A stretch of DNA of 64,000 nt, taken from NCBI RefSeq assembly GCF_004010195.1, contig NC_057718.1, positions 9,930,872 to 9,994,871 of the forward strand, given 5' to 3'. Positions 26,293-39,185 of this stretch are shown one piece after another (the first letter of the stretch is position 1; every line of letters starts with the position of its first letter). A model generated the notes under the pieces. The model was given only the letters and a program-made list of their open reading frames with translations, did not search any database and was not told where the DNA came from. Both the position numbers and the translations under genes were made by a program. This stretch comes from Chiloscyllium plagiosum (lineage: Eukaryota).

Positions 26293-26389
26293 GAGAAATA
26301 GCTCTCTACTTTGTGATCTGGGCTTTCAATCTACAAACTTGGTTCTCCACGTTGACATTTTATCACATTTTTCATATGTCAAACTATCT

Positions 26390-26884
26390 TCTGTCTTATT
26401 GATTAAGTCTCTTCATCTTTTTAGAATGGGCATATTGGTTTCAGTTCTTTCATATGTCAATTCCAGAATTTTCTTAACGTTACATTCTCAAGTGAACTTT
26501 AACAATAGGTGCCATGTTGGCCCAGATAATGCATTGAAGGTGTGAGGTGCCCTGTGGGAGGCTGTCTGTGCCCCAATGTTCAGACTGATTCTAATCCAAA
26601 AAAGGGTTTTACAGAATAAGTTCACTTGAGAATATAACTTTAGGAAAGTTCTGGAATTGACATATGAAAGAACTGAAACCATTATGCCCATTCTAAAAGA
26701 TGAGAGACTTAACAAACAATCTCGGTCGTTTTCAATATATAATTTCAGTTATATCACACTGTAAAACTTTTGTGATAACTTCTGTGTCCTACAATCTTAA
26801 CCACCGGATGAAGGAGCAGTGCTCCAAAAGCTAGGGCTTCCAACTAAACCTGTTGGGCTATAACCTGGTGTTGTGATTTTTAAC
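26390..26884. mobile_element. Family B PLE terminal region with partial inversion and decayed hammerhead (~26801-26840)
   Basis: Inverted arms ~26403-26499 / ~26618-26712; the 3' part matches 5440-5589 and 34780-35050. Confidence 0.8.
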
Positions 26885-27924
26885 CATATGAAGTTGAGGT
26901 TTTCACTTAGATAGTGAGCATGGGTCTTGGCTTAGAAAGGTAATACCTTTTCAATTCACAAATACTCTATTGTCTCAACAATTTATGCTGCAAGACAGCT
27001 ACATGAATGCATGTAATATTTACTTTGTGATTGTAAATTAAAACACCGCACATTTATATGTGAGTTAAAAGGATGATCAACATGCCTGACAATATTGGAT
27101 TCCTGTTGCCCAGATTGAGAATGCAGCTATGTGATCTGATTGAGCTGAGGTTATGATATGTCTGCATTGGGCTTGCAATTCATCTCCAGATCTCGGTGCA
27201 GTTAGAAATGACAACTTCTAAAGATTGGGGCGGACATGGTGGCTCAGTAGTTAGCACTGCTGCCTCACAGAAGTGAGGGTGGGATACTCCTCAGAGGATT
27301 GGTGTGGACTCGATGGGCTGAGTGACCTGCTTCCACACAGTAGGGATTCTACGATGCAGTTTGAAAGCTGTGAAATCACTAAGTTCAAAGATGTGGCCAC
27401 ATCTGCTTAAAAAAAACAAATTAGGAAAGGTAGGAGGATTGAGTAATTCACAGCAGCTAATGCCTTGGGATGTTTCACCTGCCCTTTCACCCCCCACCCC
27501 ACCCTCAACATTGAGAGGTGGATCATGTTACAGTGTTACTGCTGGCTGTCTCAACTCTGTCAAGTGACCCTTCTTCATGAGTGACTGAGCTTTTAGCAGG
27601 GCATTGAACAGTGAAGTGCATCATGGCCGAGCCCAAATACATTTATATCAAACAGAGATTAACGCTCCTGGACTTTTGTCCAGACATTGCTGATTAATGA
27701 GGGGAGCATGACTAACAAACCCTCCCTCTGAAAATACATACAGCCTCCACACTGCCTACAGACAGGCATGTGTGCACAGATGCAACCCCACACTGCATTG
27801 ATGAAAACTCTTCAAAGTAGTATTTTGAAACACAGGCCAGTGTCTCCCTAACAAGTCGTAAACAGGGGTTTGTGAAGATGCTACTTTTAAATCACTTTCC
27901 TTTCCCTCTTCATCTGTTTTGCCC

Positions 27925-28230
27925 CGTGCTCAGCAGTTAGCACTGCTCCCTCACAGCACCAGGGACCCAGGTTCAATTCCAGCCTCTGGTGTCTGTGTGG
28001 AGTTTGCTCATTCTCCCGGTGGCTACGTGGGTTTCCTCTGGGTGCTCTGGTTTCCTCCCACAGTCCAAGATGTGCAGGTTAGATGAATTGGCCATGCTAA
28101 ATTGCCCATAGTGTTAGGTGCATTAGTCAGGGGGAAGTGGGTCTGAGTGGGTTACTCTTCGGAAGGTCATTGTGGACTGGTTGGGCCGAAGGACCTGTTT
28201 CCACACTGCAGGGAATCTAATCTAATCTAC
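27925..28230 (+). mobile_element. HE1-type SINE
   Basis: gttagcactgctccctcacagcaccagggacccaggttcaattcc...gggaatctaatctaatcta. Confidence 0.88.
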
Positions 28231-28477
28231 TCCACACTCCCCAACTAGACTCTCATCTGGAGAGTCCCGGTGATCACTGTCCAGCAGCAGTTGATCCCTA
28301 AAACTTGATCATCTCATGAATCATTTCAGTAAGGTACAAAACAAATTGATAAATCTTGCTACATGTTCCACTCCTCCAGAGCCCCATCTGGTTAGGCCTT
28401 GGTTAGGAAGGTGCAAGTTCTGTCAACTCAGTCCACCCGTGTTCTGTATTACCTGGAATGAGATTTTCTCCCTCTCG

Positions 28478-28795
28478 TAGAATCCCTACAGTGCGGAAGC
28501 AGGCTATTTGGCCCCAACAAGTCCACATCAATCGCACCACAGACCCACCCCACGAGCGTATCTCCATAACCTTGCATTTCCTATGACTAATCCACCTAAC
28601 CTACACATCCCTGGACATATTGAGGCAATTTAGCACGGCCAATCCACCTAATCTGCACATCTTTGGGCTGTGGGAGGAAACAGTAGCACCCGGAGAAAAC
28701 CCACAAAGACATGAGAGCGTGCAAACTCCTCACAGACAGTCACCCAAAGGTAGAATCGAACCCTGGTCACTAGTGCTGAGAGGCAGCAGTGCTCA
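28478..28795 (-). mobile_element. HE1-type SINE
   Basis: Same domains on the minus strand. Confidence 0.82.
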
Positions 28796-29499
28796 GTTCT
28801 TGTTGTAATGGTGTTTCCTGGGATGTTTTAGTGTAGGAGGTTTGAAGCTTCAGTGCTGGAAATGCCATCACATATCCTGTTTTCTCTCAGCCCTGCCTTT
28901 GTGTGAAATTCAGTGATTTTGAAGAGCCACTCTGTGGCAGTTAAGAAAAATGCATCAACAAATCCCAACTCTCATAAAACCAGGAGTCCATTTCATATAA
29001 ACCCCTCTGGATGTATCCTGACCAATGTTAATCCCCAAATCAACATCAGTAAACAGATGTTATTGTGTTGCTGGTTTTGCTGGTTTGCTATGTGCAAATT
29101 GACTGCTTTGATTCCCAATGTAAAAACTCTTAAAAGTACCTCAGTGGCTGTAGAGCACTTTATCCTGAGGTTATGAAGCAATATGAGTGTCTTTTTAATA
29201 AACATGGACACATACACCATTGGCATGAATAAATATCCTGATTTGAAATCTGTATGCCCCCAATCCTGGCGCACAGTCACAGATCCAGTTTAACTTTTAT
29301 AATGCTCTATTCAAAAATTTTAATTGAGTTAGTTTTTAAAAAGGCGACTTTACCTAGCCAATTCAGTTAGGCATAGTATTGGTGTGATGTGTCTCCAGAC
29401 AAGTTACCATTCTATCCCTTGTTTTCGAGTGACTTGTGACCCCGCATGACCGAACCACCAATGGCCTGAATTGACCAACCTAAAATCTGCCCTCTCTAC

Positions 29500-29915
29500 T
29501 GAAGATTGGCTGGGACTGTTTTCACTGGAGCATGGGAAATTGTGGGATGATCTTATAGAGCTTTACAAAATCATGAGGGGTATAGATAAGGTGAATGACT
29601 GGCGTCTTTTCCTCAGGGTAGGGGATTTCAAGACTCGGGGGTATGTTTTTAAGGTGAGAGGAGAAAGATTATTCTAAAAAGACATGAGGGGCAACTTTTT
29701 TTACACAGTGGTTCATGTGTGGAATGAACTTCCAGAGGAAGTGGTGGATGATGGTACAGTTATAACATTTAAAAGATATTTAAATAAGTGCATGATTAAG
29801 AAACATTGTGGGATATGGGCCAAGCGCATGCAGGTGGAACTAGTTTAGTTTGGGATTTTTGGTCAGCATAGAGTAGTTGGACGGAAGGGTCTGTTCTGCC
29901 GTATGACTGACTATT
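29500..29915 (+). mobile_element. CR1 3' fragment
   Basis: WLGLFSLEHGKLWDDLIELYKIMRGIDKV. Confidence 0.85.
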
Positions 29916-31404
29916 ATAGATTTTCTAACCTGTATAATATTCATCAAGCCATCCTTCACAGAATTGATTCAAAGTGGTATTTTATTCTTATACTTTACTC
30001 CTAGTCTCTGATTAGCATATATCCCTAGGTGAAGACTGCTACCGACGCTGACATATCATATTGCAATGGGAGACACACACTATCCAGTTGACCTCTGCAT
30101 GTGGCAAAGATGCCATGGGGGTTTTAAAGATGAGTAAGAATTATCCTCGCCAACAATGTCCTCAGCCAAATCAATCCAAAAAAATCTCACCGTGCATCTC
30201 GCAGCTGTTTGCTACTATATTTACCAGTGAACAGTAACTCATTGTCTGCGAGGAACTCTGTAAATGACAATCTTTCTTCATATTACACCTTCTGTTGTTC
30301 TAGGACAGTCTGACTGAGTTGAGTCATACCTTGCCTTTTGTCCCATTCGCTTCTGTAGATGGCTGTGTTATGTCATCCAGACATTGCTTATTCATTTCTC
30401 TGGTGTCTTAGTTATTGTTTTTAAATCCTTATCTTCCTCCTCCTCCTGCCTCATAGCTTGGTGACTTATAAATAGTTTAATGTATTGCAAAGCCATTAAC
30501 ACTTGTTTTCCCTTCTCTCTGCATCGCAGCTGACTAAGCTGGGCTGGGGAGGCAGTGCTCAGTGTCTGGGACAAGGCACAGTTGCTTTGCTCCATGTTTC
30601 CCTGCGTTCAATATGAGCATTCACTTTTGTGCAAGGTTTTTGGCTATGTGCAGGTTGATTGGCAATAGGGTAGAGCTCAGACTGTGACACCTCCCACAGC
30701 CCCACAGCTCTCCCCAGGCTTTCACATTGGGGCAGTGGGGAGAGAGTGCTGAAAATGGGGGGAGTGGAGGTGTTGAAGGGAGGAAAACAAAACAAAAATA
30801 ATTCGGGCAGTGCAGGCATTAAGTTGGGAATTTTGAGATCTGAAATCCATCATTACTGCTTGATCGTACTCAATCTTGTATCTTGTTGGAAAGAGAGGTG
30901 TATTGGAGAAGCTCCTAATGTTGTACTCCTCTGCATACTATCCTGTACATGCAGTTTTTCTTTCCAGTCTGGATATGCTTCACTCAAAAAGCACATTACC
31001 GAGTCAGAGGTGGAGGTGGGCGTGTGGAGCAATTAGCTCATTTACTCTGAGACAAAGGCAACTTTAATTAATCCACAGAAACTGCCTCCAAATCTCTACA
31101 TCAGTGAGAGATTCAGGGCCGTCTCACCAGGATTTCACTGAGAGTTTTGTTTTAAAATATATGTTCATGGCAGTGGCCATCTCTGATAGGACCAGCATTT
31201 ATTGGTCAACCCTAATTGTTCTTGAGAAGGTGGTGGTGAACAGTCCATGTGGTATGAAACACCCACAGTGCTGATGGAGAGGGAATTCCAGGATTTTGAC
31301 CCTGGAACGGTGATATATTTCCACATCAGGGTGGTGCATGGCTTGGAGAGAAACTTGTAGGTGATGGTATTCCCATATATCTGCTGCCCTTATCCTTCTA
31401 GGTA

Positions 31405-33018
31405 ATAGACAATAGGTGTAGGAGTAGGCCATTCTGCCCTTTGAGCCTGCACGACCATTCATTATGATCATGGCTGATCATCCTCAATCAGTATCCTGTT
31501 CCTGCCTTATCTCCATAACCCTTGATTCCACTATCCTTGAGAGCTCTATCCAATTCTTTATTAAACGAATCCAGAGACTGGGCTTCCACTGCCTTCTGGG
31601 GCAGAGCATTCCACACACCCACCACACTCTGGGTGAAGAAGTTTCTCCTTATCTCTGTCCTAAATGGCCTACTCCTTATTTTTAAGCTGTGTCCTCTGGT
31701 TCAAGACTCACCCATCAGCGGAAACATGTTTCCTACTGCCAGAGTGTCCAATCCTTTAATAGTCTTATACGTCTCTAACAGATCCTCTCTCAGTCCCCTA
31801 AACTCAAGGGTATACAAGCCCAGTCGCTCCAATCTTTCAAGTTAAGATAGTCCCGCCATTCCAGGAATTGACCTCGTGAACCTACGCTGCACTCCCTCAA
31901 TAGCCAGAATATCTTTCCTCAAATTTGGAGACCAGAACTGTACACAATACTCCAGGTGTGGTCTCACCAGGGCCCTGTACAGCTGCAGAAGCACCTCTTT
32001 GCTTCTATACTCAATCCCTCTTGTTATCAAGGCCAGCATGCTATTAGCTTTCTTCACTACCTGCTGTACCTGCATGCTTACCTTCATTGACTGGTGTACA
32101 AGAATACCCAGATCTCTTTGTACTGCCCCTTTTACCTAACTTGACTCCATTGAGGTAGTAATCTGCCTTCCTGTTCTTGCCACCAAAGTGGATAACCACA
32201 CATTTATCCACATTAAACTGCATCTGCCATGCATCTGTCCATGCACCTAACCTGTCCAGNNNNNNNNNNNNNNNNNNNNNNNNNNNNNNNNNNNNNNNNN
32301 NNNNNNNNNNNNNNNNNNNNNNNNNNNNNNNNNNNNNNNNNNNNNNNNNNNNNNNNNNNNNNNNNNNNNNNNNNNNNNNNNNNNNNNNNNNNNNNNNNNN
32401 NNNNNNNNNNNNNNNNNNNNNNNNNNNNNNNNNNNNNNNNNNNNNNNNNNNNNNNNNNNNNNNNNNNNNNNNNNNNNNNNNNNNNNNNNNNNNNNNNNNN
32501 NNNNNNNNNNNNNNNNNNNNNNNNNNNNNNNNNNNNNNNNNNNNNNNNNNNNNNNNNNNNNNNNNNNNNNNNNNNNNNNNNNNNNNNNNNNNNNTCCATT
32601 TAGGTGGTAATCTGCCTTCCTGTTCTTGCCACCAAAGTGGATAACCATACATTTATCTACATTAAACTGCATCTGCCATCCGTCTGTCCACTCACCTAAC
32701 CTGTCCAGGTCACCCTGTAATCTAACATCCTCCTCACATTTCACCCTGCCACCCAGCTTTGTATCATCAGCAAATTTGCTAATGTTACTATTAATACCAT
32801 CTTCTATATCATTAATATATATTGTAAAAAGCTGCAGTCCCAGCACTGATCCCTGCGGTACCCCACTGGTTACCGCCTGCCATTCCAAAAGGGAGCCGTT
32901 TATCACTACTCTTTGTTTCCTGTCAGCCAACCAATTTTCAATCCAAGTCAGTACTTTGCCCCCAATACCATGCACCCTAATTTTGCTCACTAACCTCCTA
33001 TGTGGGACTTTATCAAAG
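31405..33018 (-). mobile_element. Young CR1 (RT domain to 3' end), nested in another LINE 3' end (~31155-31405 and ~33018-33070); contains a gap
   Basis: FDKVPHRRLVSKI...SGVPQGSVLGLQLFTIYINDI...KFADDTKLGG; RPHLEYCVQFWSPNLRKDILAIEGVQRRFTR. Confidence 0.93.
32260..32594. other. Assembly gap (N run)
   Basis: Run of n. Confidence 1.
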
Positions 33019-33135
33019 GAGGCTGTTTGTTTGGAAGGTGCTGTTGAAAGAGCCTTGGTGAGTTGCAGTGGAAGTTTAAGTCCAGGATGAATGATAAATC
33101 TGATGTAAGGCAATCTTGTGGATCTAAAGAAGGGT

Positions 33136-33973
33136 TCGCTGTTCGCTGATGACACCACCACAGTCGGTCGAATCTCAGATGGCGACGAAACAGACTACAG
33201 ACAAAAGGTGGAAGATCTGAAAAAATGGTTCACTGCGAACAACCAAACTCTCAATGCCAGCAAAACCAAGGAACTCATTATTGACATTAGGTGAAATGTT
33301 ACTCATGGCCCCCTATATATTAGCGGCACAGAGGTGGAAGGAGTGGAGAGTGTCAAGCTCCTGGGAGTGATCATCTACAACAAGCTTTCTTGGACTCTTC
33401 ATGTGGACACACTGGTTACAAAGGCCCAACAACATCTCTTCATCCTCAGGCAACTGAGGAAATTTGGCATGATGTCAAATACCCTTGCCAACCTTTATAG
33501 GTGCACCGTCAGAGCATTCTGTCTGGAAGTATCACTACCTAAAATGGCAACTGTACCATTGAAGGTTTGAAACGGTTACAGAGAATGGTGAACTCGGCCC
33601 GGACAATCACAAAGGCCAACCTCCCATCTATAGAATCCATCTACCAGGCCCACTATCAAGGAAAGGCCGCCAGCATTCTCAACGACCCATCCCACCTTGG
33701 CAATGCTTTTCTACAACCTCTACCATCGGGGAGAAGGTACAGAAGATTGAATACATGCACCAGCCAGTTTCAAAACAGTTTCTACCCTACTATTGTTAGA
33801 ATACTGAATGGACTCACAAACTCTTAACATTCACCTGTGGTTTTGTTTTTGCTGCTGTTTACCTATTATTTACTGTCTATGCTACTTAACTCTGTGATCT
33901 GCCTGTATTGCTCGCAAGACAAAGCTTTTCACTGTGCCTCGGTACACGTGACAATAAATTCAATTCAATTCAA
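33136..33973 (+). mobile_element. Rex1/Babar-type LINE, 5'-truncated
   Basis: LFADDTTTVGRISDGDETDYR...LNASKTKELIID...KAQQHLFILRQLRKFG...LPSGRRYRRL..TSQFQNSFYP; tail gtacacgtgacaataaa(ttcaa)3. Confidence 0.88.
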
Positions 33974-34149
33974 AATGTTAACTCTGTGTTCTCTCCACAG
34001 ATGCTGAGTTTCTGGAGCAATTTCTGTTTTTGTTTCAATCTTACAACTTAAATAGACTTAGTGTGAAACTTCTACGCTTGATTTTGATTGACTATCCAAA
34101 TCCAAGGTGTTCCCACCCCACCACCCATTGCCCTGGACACCACTCATAG

Positions 34150-34376
34150 AAGATGGAGGAATCCCCACAGTGTGGAAGCAGCCCATTCGGCCCATCGAGG
34201 CTGCACTGACCCTCTGAAGAGCATCCCACACAGACCCAACTCCCTACCGTAACCCTGCATTTTCTATGGCCAAGCCACCTAACTTGCACATCTTTGGAAA
34301 CCCGAGCACCTGGAGGAAACCCACACAGGCAGACGCCTGAGGCTGAGAGTGAACCTGGGTCCCTCGCGCTGTGAGC
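34150..34376 (-). mobile_element. Internally deleted HE1-type SINE
   Basis: aatccccacagtgtggaagc...gcacatctttgg...gaacctgggtccc. Confidence 0.75.
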
Positions 34377-34699
34377 CCCAATCCACAAAGGTCTGCTTTA
34401 TCTGATCATTGTTACATGGATACTGATGGAAACTCGCTGACTAATTGGCTGCCACATGAGCCCCCCCCCACCCCACCCCACCCTGCTAAAAAAAACAGTG
34501 CTTCAAAAGGAATCAGTTGGATGCTAAATGTTTTGAGTAATTCTGATGTTGCAGAAGGGGCTATCTAAATGCAATTCATTAATGAATTGCCAATCCCATA
34601 GTGAGTGAGCCGATGTGGAGGAAGAGAAGTCAAACGTTTTGCTGCGCTCTCGTTAGCAGCCAGTCACTTCTGGTTCTTTGTTGTCTTTCTAAACTTGCT

Positions 34700-35058
34700 T
34701 TGGAGGTACTGGTGTTGGATTGGGGTGCATTGAAGGAGTAATGCATTATCTGGGCCAACATGGCACCTATTGTTAAAGTTCACTTGAGAATGTAACTTTA
34801 AGGAAGTTCTGGAATTGACATATGACAGAACTGAAACCAACATGCCCATTCTAAAAGGTGAGAGACTTTACAAACAATCCAAGTCTTTTTCAATATATAA
34901 TTTCAGTTCCATCACACTGTAAACTTTTGCTATAAATTCTGCGTCTTATGATCCTATACTGCACAACCACCTGACGAAGGAGCAGCACTTCGAAAGCTAG
35001 TGCTTCCAAATAAACCTGTTGGATGAGAACCTGGTGTTGTGTGATTTTTTTTATATAA
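34700..35058 (+). mobile_element. Family B PLE terminal fragment with hammerhead (34968-35002) and inverted tail at its left end
   Basis: cac CTGACGA aGGAGC agc ACTTC GAAA GCTA gtg; 15-bp TSD ctttct(a/g)aacttgct at 34685-34699 and 35059-35073. Confidence 0.82.
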
Positions 35059-35749
35059 CTTTCTGAACTTGCTGAGAGATTGGTGGATTTTCAGGGCTGG
35101 GTTAACAGGCACCACTGTTTATCTAGTCTGTTGTTACAGTGTCTGGGGAGCTGCAGATCTGTTGTCTGCTCTTCCTCCTCTGCCATCAGAACACTGATGA
35201 GAGGTTGTGTGCTTTTCCTGTTGAGTATGTTGCTGTTTTCTACTGCGTCCTTCTGAGTGACTGGCAGCCAATTGTCTTTCCACCAGTAGCTGTTCCGATG
35301 TGATATCCCCTGAACTGCACTGAATCTTCGTGAAATAACAGGAAATGAAAGTGTTGGACCAGCTGTTAGGGGTTTTCTTTGGAAGGTGACGTCGCACATC
35401 TTTGGATTTTCACCATCTCTTTCCACAATACACAGTTAATGAACAAATGCTGCTTCCAAAAGGAATAAGCAGGTCCTGGGTTCTCCCAACAGTGAAATGA
35501 CTTAAGGAGATGGGCATGGGTCAGACTTGCACAATGCATTGAGGGGGCTTGGCTCAGCCAAAACCTCCAATTTATTTTTTCTGAGGCTGTTGCTGGGCTA
35601 CTGGAGAAATTGAAATTGAGTATAATAACTTCAGTCAAATTTCAGTCCTGCCTGACTTGAGCTGGGGCTGTTTTGTTCACAGCTTTAGTCGATGCGTCAC
35701 ACAGTGGTTAACAGGCACAGATGGGGGTTGGGGGCTGGGTGGGGGAGAA

Positions 35750-36460
35750 CTGTTGCAGGTACACAGGGCAGCGAAGGATGTCTTTGGTACACTTGCCTTC
35801 ATTGGTCAGTGCATTGAGTATAGGAGTTCAGAAGTCATGTTGCGGCTGTACAGGATGTTGGTTAGCCCACTTTTGGAGCACTATGTTCACTTCTGGTCTC
35901 CCTGCTGTAGGAAGGATGTTATTAAACTTAAAAGGATTCAGAAAAAAATTACGAGGATGTTGCCAGGGTTGGAGGGTTTGAGCTACAGGGAAAGGCTGAA
36001 TCGGCTGGGGCTGTTTTCCCTGGAACATCGGAGGCTGAGGGGTGACCTTATATAGGTTTATAAAACTTTGTACACCCCAGTCCAACACCAGCATCTCTGA
36101 ATTATAAAATCAGGAAGGGTATGGATAGTGTGAATAGCCAAGATCTCTTTTCCAAAGTAGGGGAGTCCAAAACTAGTGGGCATCGGTTTAAGGTGAGAGG
36201 GGAAAGATTTAAAAGGGGACCAAGAGGCAACTTTTTCATGCAGAGGATGGTGCATGTATGGAATGAGCTGCCAGAGGAAGTGGTGGAGGCTGGCACAATT
36301 ACAACATTTAAAAGGCATCTGGATGGGTATTTGAATAGGAAGGGTTTAAAGGGATATGGGCCAAGTACTAGCAAATGGGATTGGATTAATTTAGAATATC
36401 TGGTCGGCATGGACGAGTTGGACTGAAGGATCGGTTTCCGTGCTCTCCATCTTTATGACT
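35750..36460 (+). mobile_element. CR1 3' fragment containing a 36-bp PLE tail insertion (36066-36101)
   Basis: RMLPGLEGLSYRERLNRLGLFSLEHRRLRGDLI...WNELPEEVVEAGTITTFKRHLDG. Confidence 0.9.
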
Positions 36461-37494
36461 GCTCACAAAAGAGATCATTGAATGGATTTTCATTGGAAGG
36501 CCAGTGAGAATTGCCATTGACATTTCTGGTGCAGAAATCACTTCCTGTCTGTGCAAGATAGTGTGTTAGCAATTTCATGCCTGGCATTTCAGAAGACTGT
36601 CCCATCTCCACCTGGTATCTGATCTGGTGTGTAGACACTCTGCAGGCAGGATGTCCATTTAAGGCAGGAAAGGGTAGTTCTTGAAAATTCACCATTGCTA
36701 ATAAGGCACTTTTAAAAATGTGGACAGGAAGCTGGGGTCAGAGCATTGATCAGGAGTGCATTAGGTCATTTGCTATGGTTCAGAAGGTTGGAATACATCT
36801 GAAAGTGTTCAGTTCAAAATCAGCCAAAGAATAAGTAAATTGTTTTTACAGGGGATTGATGGGATAAGAAATTAACTTCCAGAAACAGTGATGGAAACAA
36901 ATTCATGATAACTTCAAGAGGAAATGAATGAGTATTTAAGACCATTAGAAATATAGGAGCTGGCCTAGGCTATCCCATCCTTCAAGCCTGCTCTGCGATT
37001 CAGAAAAATTGAGATTAATCTTCTACCTCAACTCGAATTTCCTGCTGATAAGTCCAACCCTCTTAGTGTCCACAATCTGTTTTGAATATGCTCAATCTCT
37101 TTCTAGAGTAGAGAATTCTGAAGATTCATAACCCTTAAAGTGACCAAATTTCTTGTCACCTCAGTCATAAATGATGCTGTTTAACAATGAGTTGGATATT
37201 CATGACACCTGGCCACATCCTCTGCACATTCCTCAATGACTGACATTGAGCTAATCGCTTCTTGAGTGTGCCCACTGAAATGATATGGGCGATCTGGGCA
37301 TACATTCATGTGCAGCAAGATCCTGTAAACAGCTCATCCGTTTCTGGTATATGTTAGGATGGTCCAATGATGAGATCTTTAATGTTTGTCTAAACAATTT
37401 AGTTTCTGATGCGAAGGGTGGGCACGCTGCTCAGTACTGTACCAGGCTGTCAGTCTAGCTTATTTAAATAGAGACGTGACGGATTGTTATCAAT

Positions 37495-37800
37495 GGAATG
37501 TTAATCCAGAGACCCAGGTAATGTTCTGGGGTTCAAATCCCTCCATGGCAGATGGTGGAATTTGAATTCAATCAAAATCTGTAATTAAAAGTCTAATGAT
37601 GACCTTGAATCCCATTGTCAGTTGGAAAACCCCGCCTGATAACCTTACAGGAAGGCAACTGCCATCTTTACCTGGTCTGGCCTAGACGTGACCCAGACCC
37701 CCAGCAATGTGGTTGACTTTTAACTGTCCTCTGGGCAATTAGGGATGGGCTCTAAATGCTGGCCAAGCAAGCAATGCCTTCATCATGTGAATGAACAAAA
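37495..37800 (+). mobile_element. SINE with LINE-derived tail (family also at ~10165-10660, ~19390-19545, ~42800-42930, ~52120-52330)
   Basis: ggttcaaatccc B box; body ggaatttgaattcaat...ggaaggcaactgccatc...; tail gggcaattagggatgggc..aaatgctggcc. Confidence 0.7.
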
Positions 37801-38951
37801 GTAATTTAAATCCAGGTGTGTAGGGCTGAAACCCAGGTGTGTGTTCATTGTTCTGAACTTTGTTTAATCTGCTCAGTTTTAAGATTGGGTCCTTCCTGGC
37901 TATAGTATTGACTGGAAGCTTTCTTGACTGTCTGACTTGCCAAAGCACTGTGTAAACACAGCAGTTATCAGCAGAGACGTCTATGGTTCCCACCTTAACA
38001 TGGTCAGTTCCACTATCACATCAATGATTAACTAAGTTAGCGTCAGTTATGAGCATTGGTAAGAAACGTTTGCATTGTTTATTGTTCCATGACAGGATAA
38101 AAACAATAATGGTTGACTGATGGTAAGCTGAAGAAAGTTGGAGCTGCACAAAAAGGCCAGGGTTGAAGAAATGCAGAGACTGGGGCTGGAAGGAATTAGA
38201 GAGAGGGAGAGACTGGCACCATGAAGAGATGTGAAAACAAGGAAGAGAATTTTAAAAACAAGCAGCAATACTGTAACATAGCAAATAGCAACAAATATAT
38301 TTTAAAGCGAACCGCTCCTAGATGCTGTGGAGTGTGTTTTTAAAAAAAAAACAAATATTTCACCGATAATCGGTCTGTCCGCCAGGACTTCAGTTGGATG
38401 TGTGAAAGTTTCACACTGATCTGTGAATCAGTCAGTGTAGGCTCTGTCCTTTCAAGCTCAACGTGCTGTTTGGAGAGAGACTCGTTTGAAGAGTAAATGT
38501 GAGGAGCGAAGTTGCACTGGCCATCAGAGTAATTTGAGCTGATGAGTTAGAAAATGTTTAAATGCTGCCCTGAGGAATTTAGATGATTTGCAATTTCAAG
38601 GCTGGTCCCTTCCTTGCTACTGAGTGAAGGATCAATGAGATACCGTTGCTTCCAGGAACACCGCTGTGCATAATGGAATTGCCCCTGGATGGAAGTAGAC
38701 AGTCCCTCTTGGACGGGAGTCAGTTACCAAATTGGTCCATCTCACCGTCAGAGCAGTGTGGCAGCAAATGTGAAAATTGTGTCTGGAGTATTAGGGATGG
38801 AGGTGCTGGGATAGGTATGCCTCTGGGGGAGTTGTGTGTGGAAATCCCTTAAAAAGAGAGCATCGTAGCAAAGGTCAGGAAATGTTAGAATGATTAAACT
38901 ATGCGCGCACACAGGTCAGGACTGATGAGACACGGCCAACTTCTACTCCAT

Positions 38952-39185
38952 AGGCAAAAGTGAGGGCTGCAGATGCTGGCAACCAGAGTTTAGGTCAGAA
39001 TGGTGCTGGAAAAGCACAGCAGGTCAGGCAGCATCTAAGGAGCAGGAAAATCGACGTTTTGGGAAAAGGCCCTTCATCAGGAATAGGGCCTATTGCTGAT
39101 GAAGGGCTTTTGCCCAAAACCTCGATTTTCCTGCTCCTCAGATGCTGCCTGACCTCCTGTACTTTTCCAGCACCACTCTGATCTA
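38952..39185. mobile_element. Family A PLE fold-back mini-element
   Basis: Inverted arms around aatagggcctatt with two decayed hammerhead cores; 14-bp TSD aacttctactccat at 38938-38951 and 39186-39199. Confidence 0.87.

Noticed and set aside
32145..32710. ~115-bp apparent direct repeat either side of the second gap
   Set aside because: The same CR1 segment with several differences flanks a gap, so it is most likely a scaffolding artefact joining reads from different copies.
35345..35390. Possible extra first exon MKVLDQLLGVFFG with a GTGACG donor
   Set aside because: The donor would be phase 2, incompatible with the other first exons, and there is no recognisable homology.
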